Counted from the first letter of the stretch, positions 20,737 through 30,756 are shown. The stretch is DNA of 64,000 bases from an uncultured Methanosarcinaceae archaeon (GCA_963847185.1 CAWJYV010000007.1:416001-480000); one strand, 5' to 3'. Notes: generated by a model from the sequence alone, not told the origin. Numbers and translations: made by a program.

Positions 20737-21532
20737 TCAAATATATGCAGTCAAAACCTGCAAATGCTCCTGATTAAGTGTATACTCCGATTCTTTGAGA
20801 GGTGTACATTTGTCTAGAGAAGTTTCCCCACTCCTAATTTTTATTGCAAATGTATAGCAACTCTGTTCGTTGCACTTGCCACAGTTAGTCTGAGGCAGGT
20901 ATTTGTAAATCTCCATGGGTTCGACTCTAACCTTTTCCCTGGGAGCTGGGGCTACACCTTTTGCAATAGCCTCATTAATAGTGTTTCTCAGTTTTTCAAG
21001 TGCTTCTCTGGCCTCATCCTTATTCTTAATCATCGTCATAGTGACTTTTCCAGAACCGTAAGTAGTGGTAATGATTTCTCCTTTTTGGATAATAAGGGCG
21101 CTTATTTTGTCTGAATATCTGCCTCTGGGAAAAAGTGGTTCAAGCAGCTTGGGGGTTCCACCTAGCGGAGGAGCCATATTTGCAATTACCCTGAATTTTG
21201 AGAGTCATCTATGCAGGGCAAAAGCTGTCTGATCTCAGCAATCTCAACAGGCTTTGCCTGAGAAAGGTCTGCAGTTTTCCCAGTACTGTTTTCTTCCTTG
21301 CCTTTCAGGAAATTCCTGCCGTATTCACTTAATTTTACAGTTCCTTCTCCTAACTCAATCAGACTTGCCTGTTGCAGAACTTTAAGATGAAAATCTAGCA
21401 TTGATTTCCCTACTGCATCTCCGAAGTCCTCGGAATTTCTGTCACCATCTGCCAGGAAGTTCATTATCTTCCTTCTAGTGGCATTGGCCATAGCATTTTC
21501 ACCAATTTTATCTCGTTCGGATTTCCCGGCAA
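20737..21532 (-). pseudogene. ArsR-type HTH fused to a [4Fe-4S] FeS domain, interrupted by two 1-nt deletions (possibly assembly errors)
   Basis: Pieces join as MPGNPNEIKLV/NAMANATRRKIM...LPCIDDS/KFRVIANMAPP...LPQTNCGKCNEQSC...C. Adding one A to each A4 run (21496-21499 and 21196-21199) restores a single ORF. Confidence 0.8.
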
Positions 21533-21669
21533 TTCCAACACCTGCGAAGTTTATTAAAAATCGAACCCTAAATTTTTCTGATATTCAGTGAATTAGGCAA
21601 CTTTTTCTCGGTAAAAGTCCAGTTTTTTAATTACTATATATCCGCTTCATAAAAACCCGCAGGATAGGT

Positions 21670-21685
21670 ATCAAAAAAGATTGAT
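21670..21685. promoter_or_regulatory. ATCAA-N6-TTGAT palindrome
   Basis: ATCAAAAAAGATTGAT upstream of the ArsR-FeS/dsrEFH unit. Confidence 0.6.
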
Positions 21686-21781
21686 ATGAAATTAAAAAGT
21701 AAAATGGGATTACGTGATTATTCTGAAAAATATCAACTTACTATTCAGCTCTTAATGTTCTCTATAATTGTTTTAACTTAT

Positions 21782-21797
21782 ATCAATTATTCTTGAT
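21782..21797. promoter_or_regulatory. ATCAA-N6-TTGAT palindrome
   Basis: ATCAATTATTCTTGAT about 85 nt upstream of the small ORF at 21882. Confidence 0.6.
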
Positions 21798-21881
21798 ATT
21801 TTTCATGTGGGTTTTTAAATTTGAGCTTTCTAATATCGACTATTGATTTTTGAAAACTCAACGGATTAACAAGGCGAGAAA

Positions 21882-21978
21882 ATGGAAAAAGAAAAGGATA
21901 TAGTATTAGAAGAAAAAGATTCGGAGAATAATTCAAAAGACGATGAAGAAGAACTGCAATTGTTGCTATGATGACTGA
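21882..21978 (+). CDS. Candidate small acidic peptide (29 aa as read; ends ...DDEEDCNCCYDD if one base is removed)
   Basis: ATG after a purine-rich SD-like tract; MEKEKDIVLEEKDSENNSKDDEEELQLLL*; the +1 frame tail encodes CNCCYDD*. Confidence 0.4.
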
Positions 21979-22023
21979 AATTGCCTATAAATTTCATTTT
22001 ATCCTGGCTGATCACTTAACCTT

Positions 22024-22383
22024 TTACTCCCATTTTTTACTTTGAATCTGAGATATAATGCTCAAAATGTTTCCAAATTCGGGATTTAACCTGTAAAAAT
22101 GCCACTTTGAACTGTTGTAAGCTTCAACGATCCTGCAGTCTTTCATAATTGCCAGATGATGAGATACCAGGTTCTGTCTTTCGTTCAATTTGAATATCAA
22201 TTCACAGACACAGTGATCTCTCTGGGATAAAAAGTAGGCGATTTTCAGTCTAATCGGATGTCCGAGAGCGCTGAATATATCACTGGCTTTTTTGATGTCA
22301 TTTTCCAGAAAATCTATTTCCTGGAGCATTTTTTCTTCCCATTCCTTTTTTTTCTCTGGATCCGCAGGACAGCAATAGCTCAT
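22024..22383 (-). CDS. arsR: ArsR/SmtB metalloregulator
   Basis: N-terminal CC, FSALGHPIRLKI, HCVCEL and VSHHL. Confidence 0.9.
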   Translation of the reverse strand: MSYCCPADPEKKKEWEEKMLQEIDFLENDIKKASDIFSALGHPIRLKIAYFLSQRDHCVCELIFKLNERQNLVSHHLAIMKDCRIVEAYNSSKWHFYRLNPEFGNILSIISQIQSKKWE

Positions 22384-22496
22384 AAATAGAAGAAATTGAA
22401 CGCTCTAAATAAGAGTTTTGATGTCAATTAGTACAATTTTGTACCTCAGATGCCTAAGCCCTATTAATTTCATAAATATAGTATCAAGAGAATTAT

Positions 22497-22512
22497 TTCA
22501 AAAGATTTTGAA
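22497..22512. promoter_or_regulatory. TTCAA-N6-TTGAA palindrome between arsR and the CMD gene, within a ~55-bp block shared with the acr3 promoter
   Basis: TTCAAAAGATTTTGAA followed by CTAATATTTAAATATTAAAATTATCATA, nearly identical to 15890-15945. Confidence 0.65.
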
Positions 22513-22603
22513 CTAATATTTAAATATTAAAATTATCATAGTATGTATATCGCCGTAACAGCGTGAATTTCGCAAGCATGCGAGTAAAAAAGGAGCCAAA
22601 GAA

Positions 22604-22936
22604 ATGAAAATGCTGGAAGAATTTTTCCCTGAATTCACCCAGAAGCTGAACGAAATTGATCAGCTCTACGCCGAAAAAAAGACGATTGATGAAAAGACAT
22701 ACCAGTTCATCTGTTTTGCCCTCTCCATCAAAGCCAGATCAAAGCCCTGCGTCCTAAAGCACTTTAAGGGTGCCTTAGAAGCAGGCGCTACGGTCAAGGA
22801 ACTATCATACATCTTTGCTCTGGTTATGAGAGAAGCCGCAGGTGCAGATGACTGCTGGACCCATGACGTAATTGGGGATTGGAAGGAAATCCTGAAAGGC
22901 AACATTTCCTGCGGCTGCGCAGGAGACAAAGAATAA
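22604..22936 (+). CDS. Carboxymuconolactone decarboxylase/AhpD-like protein
   Basis: IDEKTYQFICFALS...CVLKHFKGALEAGATVKEL; C-terminal CGC. Confidence 0.85.
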   Translation: MKMLEEFFPEFTQKLNEIDQLYAEKKTIDEKTYQFICFALSIKARSKPCVLKHFKGALEAGATVKELSYIFALVMREAAGADDCWTHDVIGDWKEILKGNISCGCAGDKE

Positions 22937-23089
22937 AATACTCATTAACTGCAAAAGCATTAATCAGGGAAACTAAATAGGATCTTACACCTGTTCTCCG
23001 TCTCCCTACTGAGAAAGGTCACTGTTAGAACTCTTGTACGAAATATCCCTTTTTTATTTTCCCTTTCCTATCCCTTTTCCGCAAAAAGC

Positions 23090-24070
23090 TCAAAAATCAT
23101 CTTCTGAAAAATCAGTGAGCTTAAGCTGTCTGGAATGGGAAAGTTTTGCCTTCATTGGTTGCATGTAGTCTCCTGACAGATGATATTTCTCCATAAGAGC
23201 ATTGATAACTCCGTAAAGTTCAGCTTTATAGACTGTGTCAGCTCCTCCTTTTGCGTACAGCTTGCGATAAGGATCCAGAAGCTCGGGAAAATTGTATTTG
23301 AGGAAACTGAAAAAATGCTTTCTGGTTTCGCCCCTTAGATAAAGAATGCCTGGAAGAATATAGTCTACCTTACATTCGGCTGCATGAGAAAAGATCTGTT
23401 CGAGATTCTGAGGGTTATCAGTAAGAAAAGGAAGAATCGGCATCATATGAAGCCCTGTAATAGCAGCTGTGTCTTCAAACTTCTGGAGGACTGAAATACG
23501 TTTTTCCGGAGAAGAAGCCAGGGGTTCCAGTATAGAACTCAGCTTTCCATCCATTGTTGTGACCGTAACTGCGATATTTACATATGTCAATTCGGCAAGT
23601 TCTGAAAGAAGGTCAAAGTCTCTCAGGATCAGGTCTGATTTCGTAGATATAGTAACAGGATTCTTGTACTCGATCATAAGTGCCAGAATCTCACGCATCA
23701 GCCCGTATTTTGCCTCTGCGGGCTGGTAGCTATCGCAAACTCCTCCTATATTGATTACTTCTTTTTTCCAGCTTCTTGCTGCAAGCTGTTTCTCAAGAGC
23801 TTCTGCAACATTCGTTTTTACGTAAATTCTTTGAAAAAAAGCACAATCCCCTTCCTCTGAGGAACTACAGAATTTTTTCTCGAAATCCCTCTCTGAAAAG
23901 ACAGATTTATCCTTTTCTTCCAGATAGCTGTGAGAATACATTGCATAGCAATAATTGCAACCATGTTCGCAACCCCTGTAGATATTCAGGTCCCAGTGGA
24001 ATGGCAGAGTGATCCTGCTGGATTTATTTATCCGATTCAGAGCTTTTTTAACCTTGATTTCTTCAAACAT
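23090..24070 (-). CDS. Radical SAM protein, SPL-like (Rv2578c/COG1533) family
   Basis: [22 protein letters not shown] and [10 protein letters not shown]. Confidence 0.9.
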   Translation of the reverse strand: MFEEIKVKKALNRINKSSRITLPFHWDLNIYRGCEHGCNYCYAMYSHSYLEEKDKSVFSERDFEKKFCSSSEEGDCAFFQRIYVKTNVAEALEKQLAARSWKKEVINIGGVCDSYQPAEAKYGLMREILALMIEYKNPVTISTKSDLILRDFDLLSELAELTYVNIAVTVTTMDGKLSSILEPLASSPEKRISVLQKFEDTAAITGLHMMPILPFLTDNPQNLEQIFSHAAECKVDYILPGILYLRGETRKHFFSFLKYNFPELLDPYRKLYAKGGADTVYKAELYGVINALMEKYHLSGDYMQPMKAKLSHSRQLKLTDFSEDDF

Positions 24071-24179
24071 TCTGGAATAAGATAGGGCTGAGAGCTATAA
24101 TAAACTTAAGAAATGAACTTCCGAAAGGGAAAACAAGAAATACGAAGCCTTCTCCTTAAAAAATAGAACAATGAATGAA

Positions 24180-25004
24180 TTATTCTCTGTAAATTCCATC
24201 TCCTGTAATAAGCTTTCCTTCTGCCTTGACCCAGCCTTCCTGCGGGCCTGAAAGTCGGATAGAAATCCTATCGCTGTATTCGTTATGTTGCCAGCCATAA
24301 ATCCACCACTCATTCAGGCCTTCCATCTGGACAAAAATCTGAACATCGGCATCAGAAGGTGAATCATAATGCGCATAGGACCGGCTTTCATAATCAAAAT
24401 ATTTGGGATTGATATTTTCAGGTGGAGAAATTACTGATCCTTCTTCGGATTCTCGAAGATTACTTTTTGGCAGGAGTATGGACTCATTGCCAACAGGGAA
24501 TCTGGTATTAATCAGATGGTCAGCCTTTATAGAGGTCCCGAAATCAATTGGGGCCAGAACTGGAGTTTCCTCTGAGTACTCTTGGGACTCCATTGTCTGT
24601 TCATCTTTCGCGACGTCATTTTCAATATCCCCAGGTTCAGGCTCGGGTATAGCCACAGGAAGAGAATGATAAACCGGTTGAATCTTATCAGCTTCTATTT
24701 TGAACATTAATCCATACTCGGTATTCTCAAGGCTGAGATTCCAATTTGAAGGTTTATTGTAATAATCTCCATTCACCATTTCCAACCCAACTTCGGATTT
24801 ATTTTCAAAAACCGGGGTAGGCAAATACAAAGTTACATTTTGCAGGGTTCTGTTGCTTTCTATATTTATATTGTATTCATAATTACTCATGACGCTGTCA
24901 TTATACATTTCTTCGTTTCTATTTTCCAGATACATTGAACCCAGCACAAGCAAAAGGAGAATAAATAAGACAAATCCTCCAAAAATTATAATTTTTCTGT
25001 TCAT
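24180..25004 (-). CDS. Hypothetical membrane-anchored extracellular protein
   Basis: 274-aa ORF with an N-terminal TM helix and GGGAG SD. Confidence 0.8.
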   Translation of the reverse strand: MNRKIIIFGGFVLFILLLLVLGSMYLENRNEEMYNDSVMSNYEYNINIESNRTLQNVTLYLPTPVFENKSEVGLEMVNGDYYNKPSNWNLSLENTEYGLMFKIEADKIQPVYHSLPVAIPEPEPGDIENDVAKDEQTMESQEYSEETPVLAPIDFGTSIKADHLINTRFPVGNESILLPKSNLRESEEGSVISPPENINPKYFDYESRSYAHYDSPSDADVQIFVQMEGLNEWWIYGWQHNEYSDRISIRLSGPQEGWVKAEGKLITGDGIYRE

Positions 25005-25518
25005 TGTCAGTATTCTCCCTTAAAGATTGAAAACAGATATGTGAGAGAGATAATTGAATCTTGCTAAATTAAACCTTCTAAATTTAACCATAAAAATAAT
25101 CTTGAATTTGCCACACTGTCATAGGAATAATAAAACGAAACCAAAGTAATTGGTAATGCATAAGTTTTTGTCATTTCTAGGGAGAGTTTGAAAGAAAAGG
25201 TTCTTAATTTGAAGGAAAAAGATCATAATATTTCCTTTCCCACTAAAAAATTATTCTGCACCTGAAACTTATCAGATCGAAACCTTGCACACAGGGAATC
25301 TGATTATCTCTCTCCCGGCGATCGCATTCAATAAAGATGCAAAAATTTCATTCAATCAGGCCGCGGAAAATGAATATAATTCTAAAAATTCATATTTAGT
25401 CCGGAAAGTACAGATTAGACTTTAAAAAACACTTAGTTTCTTACAACTTGATAAATACCTATTTTCTAGTATTTTAGGGGAGAAATTTGTTAGTTAAGAT
25501 AATAAACAAGTTAAGAAT

Positions 25519-26679
25519 TTGTATATGCTTTTTAACTATATGGGGAGTGAACTTATCAATCCAGATATGAGTGCCCTGTTTTCACCACCTCCGGTACTGA
25601 AAGGGTATATGTATGGAGCACAGGAAGCTTATGAAGCCCGGAATTCAAACAGGCTCTTAGCCATACGTCTTGAAACAAATAAATCATGCAATCTCCGCTG
25701 TCGCTACTGTTATGCACAGAGTGGAGAGGACTCGGCAAATATGGCCGATTTCAATAAGCTCAAACACATTGTTTCAGAGGCAAAAGAACTCGGGATCAGG
25801 TCTGTAGTTGTGATAGGCGGAGGAGAACCAACCCTGCACCCTAATTTCAGAGAATTGATTTCCTATATCGATTCCCTGGGAATAATCCCTGTAATTTTTT
25901 CGAACACTATTTTGATGACACAGGAGCTTGCCGAGTTCCTGTACGAACACAATGCTTCTGTTATGGGAAAGCTGGATTCCCTTAAGCCAGAGATTCAGGA
26001 TTATCTGGCCGGAAGAGAAGGGGCTTTTCAGGATATCAAAAAGGGACTTGAAAACCTTCTAGCAGCAGGTTTTTCAGAACCTTCAGAGCCTGGAAAACTT
26101 CGTCTGGGAGTTTCCTTCGTAAGCAATAAAATGAACCTTGGAGAAATTGAAGAGATCTGGCACTTCTGTCGGCAGAATAATATTTTCCCTAATATGGAGA
26201 TTCTCACGCCTACAGGCAGGGCAAATGACGAACTTGAAGATAAACTGCTAACTCCCGAAGAGATAAAGGAGTACAAATTAAGACTGCTGGAAATAGACAG
26301 AAAATATTATGGACATGATTGGCTTCCCTATACGCCGATTACCGCGAGTGGCTGCCTTCAGCACCTTTACAGCCTGTACATCAATATAGAAGGGAATGTC
26401 CGGCCCTGTGCTCCAACAAAGCTGGATGAGCATCCTGCCCTTAGAATTGATGGGAAATATCCCTATAATGTAAACAGGATGAGTCTTCGGAAGATTTACA
26501 ATTCCGATCTCTTTACATATGTCCGGAACATAGACAAAGTACTTGAAGGCAGATGCGGAAATTGTGAGCACAGGGAAGAGTGCATAGGCTGCCGGGGATA
26601 CGCCTATAGCGTAGGAATAAACAAGGGGTTAAATCCTCTCGAAGCTCTCAGGATGGAGTGCCAGCAGTGCTTCAAATAA
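25519..26679 (+). CDS. Radical SAM/SPASM protein
   Basis: CNLRCRYC and GGGEP; SPASM cysteines GCLQH, RPCA, CGNC-X5-CIGC and CQQC. Start uncertain (25519-25568). Confidence 0.92.
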   Translation: MYMLFNYMGSELINPDMSALFSPPPVLKGYMYGAQEAYEARNSNRLLAIRLETNKSCNLRCRYCYAQSGEDSANMADFNKLKHIVSEAKELGIRSVVVIGGGEPTLHPNFRELISYIDSLGIIPVIFSNTILMTQELAEFLYEHNASVMGKLDSLKPEIQDYLAGREGAFQDIKKGLENLLAAGFSEPSEPGKLRLGVSFVSNKMNLGEIEEIWHFCRQNNIFPNMEILTPTGRANDELEDKLLTPEEIKEYKLRLLEIDRKYYGHDWLPYTPITASGCLQHLYSLYINIEGNVRPCAPTKLDEHPALRIDGKYPYNVNRMSLRKIYNSDLFTYVRNIDKVLEGRCGNCEHREECIGCRGYAYSVGINKGLNPLEALRMECQQCFK

Positions 26680-26695
26680 ATAAGAGGGTGAGAAG

Positions 26696-27733
26696 GTGAA
26701 CAGTACAGGAAAAGTGGAATTCAGGAAGGTTTCCGAAAATGAAGAAAAGATCATAACAATCAGTGAGAAAAGTATGGAGGACAGGCTGTGTGAGTGCCTG
26801 AAAAATCGTGAACTGCCTGATTATCTCCTGTATACTGGCACAGGAGGCGCAAAAAATTGGCTGAAACTTGATGAGTCTGAAACATTTCCCGTGGCCAGAA
26901 AACTTAGATTAATTTTAGAGAAAAATATTGCCTCGATAGTCAGATTCATTCCTGCAGGCATGAGCCTTGTGAGTGTTGGGGTAGGAAACGGCGAAAAGGA
27001 AAAAATTCTTCTCGAAGAGCTGATAAGGAAAAATCTGGCTGAAAAACCGGCCTCAGGTAAATTATCAATACGCTATTATCCTATAGATATAAGTAGCCAG
27101 TTTGTAGATTCCGCTCTTAAGAAGGTAAGGAATTTGCCTGTGGAAAAGAAAGGAATAGTTGGTTTTATAGAGGACATGCCATTGCTTAAAAGGCACTGGC
27201 GCCTTCCGGTCCTTTTCTGCATCCTGGGAAATACTTTTTGCAACTACGAGCCAGAATTCATCCTCCGGCTTATCTACGAAAACCTTGAACAAGGGGACCT
27301 TTTTTTCTTTGATGCCAATATCCTCCCTGTTCAGGGCTCAGATGAAAACACCAGGTATGCAAAAAAATCTGTTCTTGGCACATATTCCTCAAGAGAAAAT
27401 GCTCTTTTTAATATGTACCCTTTACTCCAGTACGGAATGCTTCCTGAGGATTTTGATTTTGAACTTTCACTCGGACATGTGGACTCCAGAATAGGAGCCC
27501 TGTACCGAACCCGAAAAAACCTGAATATCCTGAAGGATTCTGAGATCCGAATTGGACAGGAAATCATAAATTTCAGGGATGGAGACATCATCCGAATGGG
27601 TTTTACGTACAAATACACATATGAACAGATAATTGCTTTTTTGAACATTTATGGATTTGATGTCCTCAAGGTATTCCTGAGTGAAGACAGATTAAACACT
27701 ATGATTCTTGCAAAAAAACGTATTTTGGAGTGA
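26696..27733 (+). CDS. EgtD-like SAM-dependent N-methyltransferase (Methyltransf_33)
   Basis: ELPDYLLY, VSVGVGNGEK, YYPIDIS and LGNTFCNYEP parallel the EgtD motifs. Confidence 0.8.
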   Translation: MNSTGKVEFRKVSENEEKIITISEKSMEDRLCECLKNRELPDYLLYTGTGGAKNWLKLDESETFPVARKLRLILEKNIASIVRFIPAGMSLVSVGVGNGEKEKILLEELIRKNLAEKPASGKLSIRYYPIDISSQFVDSALKKVRNLPVEKKGIVGFIEDMPLLKRHWRLPVLFCILGNTFCNYEPEFILRLIYENLEQGDLFFFDANILPVQGSDENTRYAKKSVLGTYSSRENALFNMYPLLQYGMLPEDFDFELSLGHVDSRIGALYRTRKNLNILKDSEIRIGQEIINFRDGDIIRMGFTYKYTYEQIIAFLNIYGFDVLKVFLSEDRLNTMILAKKRILE

Positions 27734-28730
27734 CAGTATGTAAAAGGGAGGTTTTGGGTATGGGTTGCGAGCTAGAAAAACAGAGCAGAGACAAAGAAGA
27801 CATTTCAAGTATAGCTTATGGCTGTGACGAATTGGGAAGACTGAAAAGTGTACTTGTGCACACTCCTGGTGATGAACTAACTCTGGTAAACGAATCGAAC
27901 TATAAACAATGGCTTTATGATCGGGTGCCAGATATTCCCGAATACATTGAAGAACACAGAAATTACCAGGAGCTTCTGGAATCGAACGGAGTCAAGGTCT
28001 ATGAGCTTACAGATCACGTGGAAAAAAACGTAGAACTTGTCAGAAAATGCCAAATCTTACTTTTCTACATGACACTGCAGTAATCTCGAGAAAAGGGGCA
28101 ATTCTTTCAAAAATGCGTCCCCCGGCAAGGGAAAAAGAGGAAATTGTCGTAAAAGAAGCCCTGGGTAATCTTGGAATTCCAATATTAAGTGAATTCAATG
28201 GAGAAAGGGGTTTTTTCGAAGGTTGTCTCCTGCTCTCAAAAGAAACTATTTTTGTTGCAGATACGGAAAGGCACACTTATCCTTTTATTCGGGAATTCAT
28301 TTCGAATATCCTGGGCGAGTTTGATGAGGTTATTTACGCCAGTATCCCAAAAGCCAGACGTTATATGCATCCGGATACGGTTTTCAACAGGATCAGAGAA
28401 GACCTTGCACTCGCTTATCTGCCTGCTTTTGAAAATACATGCCTTTTTACAGAACAGTGCGCCGAAAAAATGGATTTCAAAGAGTTTATGCGCGAAAAAG
28501 GCATGGAAATTATCCCTGTTACAGACTCAGAGCAAAGTCGTCTCGCCTGTTCTTTTGTTCCGTTAGAAAGCGGGACAATCTTTCATTATGATATTGCACT
28601 TGACCAGAAAACAAGGAAAACCCTTTCAAATGAAGGTGTTGAGATTATTCCTTTCCATCCGGAAGCTCTGCGTGCAGGAGGGGGGAGTCTGCGCTGTCAT
28701 ACACTGAGGCTCTGCAGGAGGAAAAATTAA
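27730..28730 (+). CDS. Amidinotransferase/arginine deiminase superfamily enzyme, split by a 1-nt frameshift at 28044-28047
   Basis: LKSVLVHTPGDEL, FFEG, YMHPDTVF and GGGSLRCHT. One extra A in AGAAAATG fuses ORFs 27730-28083 and 28047-28730. Confidence 0.85.
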
Positions 28731-28771
28731 ACTTCTAAAGTTTAATAAACCTGTCAGGATTTCTGGAGAGC

Positions 28772-29665
28772 TCAGAAGAAAGAGTCAAGAATAATCGATC
28801 CAGAGTAGAGCACGAGTGAAATATGATATAGGAAAAGGGCAAACAAACCTGCTTTTTGACTTTTTTCTCTTATGAGCTTATAGTTTGCAAACCCAAGAAC
28901 CAGAAATCCTGACAGAAAACCATAAAATGCAATATTTCCGAGATATTTTAAGAAGATCAAAGCTGTAAAGCAGTGCATCAGTGTAAAACCCGAGATCCAG
29001 AGTAGCGTCCCTTTAGTGCCATAAAGCACAGGAATTGATTTTATTCCTCTTGCCCTATCATTTTCGGTATCAATAAAATCGTTAACTGCAAGATGGGCAA
29101 GAGTCCAGGGATAGAAAAAGAGAATATAAAGCAGTACGAATTTGTCAGGCCGTCCATAACAGAGATAACCTGCTATTGGAAAAAGAGTAAAGTCAATTCT
29201 TCCTACAATCTGGGCAACAGGAAATGTTTGATTTTTTCTTTTAACCTGATAGAAATACTCAATAATACAAGAAGACAACATTGTGATAAATACGTAAAAA
29301 GAGTTGGGATAAGGCAAAGTAAGTATCAATAGTCCTGTGAGTCCAGAAAGAAGTAAAAAAATTGCCAGGGCAAAGTTGGAGGATATCCTGCCTGAAGGAA
29401 GCGGCCGGCTTTTAAAAGGTCTCCAGTAGGTTGTAAGGGAGTTCTCCACATCATACCTGTCTCCTTTCCGGTCAACATAATCGTTTAGTACAAGTCCGCC
29501 TTCAAACCCGAAAAACCCTATTAAAATGGCCTGAAAGGTTAAGGACCAGGAAAATTCCCCATAATTCTTAAAAGCCAGCGAAAGTCCTGAATAGAAAAGC
29601 AAAATCCAGACAAGAAAAAAGTGGGCTCTTGTCAAATCTATCAAAGCCTTAACAGTCTCTTTCGT
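28772..29665 (-). CDS. UbiA-family prenyltransferase, paralog 2
   Basis: NDYVDRKGD, RPLPSG and NDFIDTEND. Alignment with the neighbouring paralog puts the start at ACG 29665. Confidence 0.9.
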   Translation of the reverse strand, partial: TKETVKALIDLTRAHFFLVWILLFYSGLSLAFKNYGEFSWSLTFQAILIGFFGFEGGLVLNDYVDRKGDRYDVENSLTTYWRPFKSRPLPSGRISSNFALAIFLLLSGLTGLLILTLPYPNSFYVFITMLSSCIIEYFYQVKRKNQTFPVAQIVGRIDFTLFPIAGYLCYGRPDKFVLLYILFFYPWTLAHLAVNDFIDTENDRARGIKSIPVLYGTKGTLLWISGFTLMHCFTALIFLKYLGNIAFYGFLSGFLVLGFANYKLIREKSQKAGLFALFLYHISLVLYSGSIILDSFF

Positions 29666-29862
29666 GCCTTAACCCCGACTAATATAAAAGTCGGTTATAT
29701 GTTTATAGTTTTTTAAAGAAAAATAAGGAACAGAGAACATTTGGTTCAAATAGCCAGAGTTAAAGACATAATAAAAAGACAAAAGGCAAAAATAAAGGAG
29801 CTGAAAAAAAATAAGAGTTTCAGTCTTATCTCAGCCTTTTCTAATTACTATCATTTTTCTGT

Positions 29863-30756
29863 TCAATACATAAAATCAAGAATGATTGAAGCTGCATAGA
29901 CTACAAGAGTCCCATGGAAAAGCGGAAGTATCTTCAATCCGGCTGCCGGACTTTTTTCTTTCCAGAGGTAAATGTTTGCTCCTGAAAGGAGTATAAAGCC
30001 CACAGGAAAGCCATAATGAGCAATAACTCCAAGCTCCTTAAGGAAGAAGATAGCTGCAAGGAAATGCAGGAGTGTAAAACCTGTAATCCAGTACATAGTC
30101 CCTTTTGAACCATAAAGTACGGCTATAGATTTCATGCCTCTTGCCCTATCGTTTTCCAGGTCGATAAAATCATTTAATCCCAGATGCGCCATTGTCCAGG
30201 GGTAGAAAAAAACCATATATAGGAATACAGTCATATCCGGTTGCCCGTAGCAAAGGTAGCCTGCTGCAGGAAAAAGGGTGAAGTCAGTCCTGCCCAGAAG
30301 CTGTGCAATAGGGTACTTTTGATCTCTTTTTTTCACCTGGTAAAAAGCCTCAATGCCGTAAGAATACAGCATGATTGAGAATACATAGAGTGAATTCGGA
30401 TATGGGAGAGTGAAAATCAGAGCCGAAGTAATTCCTGCAAGCAGGATAAACAGCCAGAAGGCACTTTTTGAAGAAATCTTTCCTGAAGGAATAGGTCTTT
30501 CTTTAAAAGGTCTCCAGTACTTTGTAAGTCTATTTTCTACATCAAGCCTGTCTCTATCCCTGTCCACGTAATCATTAAGCACGAAGCCGGCCTCGAATCC
30601 TAAGAGCCCTATAAGAGCAGCCTTAATGATTAGTGTCCAGGAAAAGCCGCCATAATTTGCAAAAGCAAGGAAAAGACCTGAGCAGAAAATCAGGGGCCAG
30701 GCAGGAAGAAAGTGAGCGCGAGTGAGGTCTATATAAGCTTTCAGGGTTTCTTTCAT
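29863..30756 (-). CDS. UbiA-family prenyltransferase, paralog 1
   Basis: NDYVDRDRD, RPIPSG and NDFIDLEND. Confidence 0.93.
   Translation of the reverse strand: MKETLKAYIDLTRAHFLPAWPLIFCSGLFLAFANYGGFSWTLIIKAALIGLLGFEAGFVLNDYVDRDRDRLDVENRLTKYWRPFKERPIPSGKISSKSAFWLFILLAGITSALIFTLPYPNSLYVFSIMLYSYGIEAFYQVKKRDQKYPIAQLLGRTDFTLFPAAGYLCYGQPDMTVFLYMVFFYPWTMAHLGLNDFIDLENDRARGMKSIAVLYGSKGTMYWITGFTLLHFLAAIFFLKELGVIAHYGFPVGFILLSGANIYLWKEKSPAAGLKILPLFHGTLVVYAASIILDFMY

Noticed and set aside
25005-25518. Search for a RiPP precursor or riboswitch upstream of the SPASM enzyme
   Set aside because: Only a ~20-codon ORF without SD or motif and weak hairpins were found
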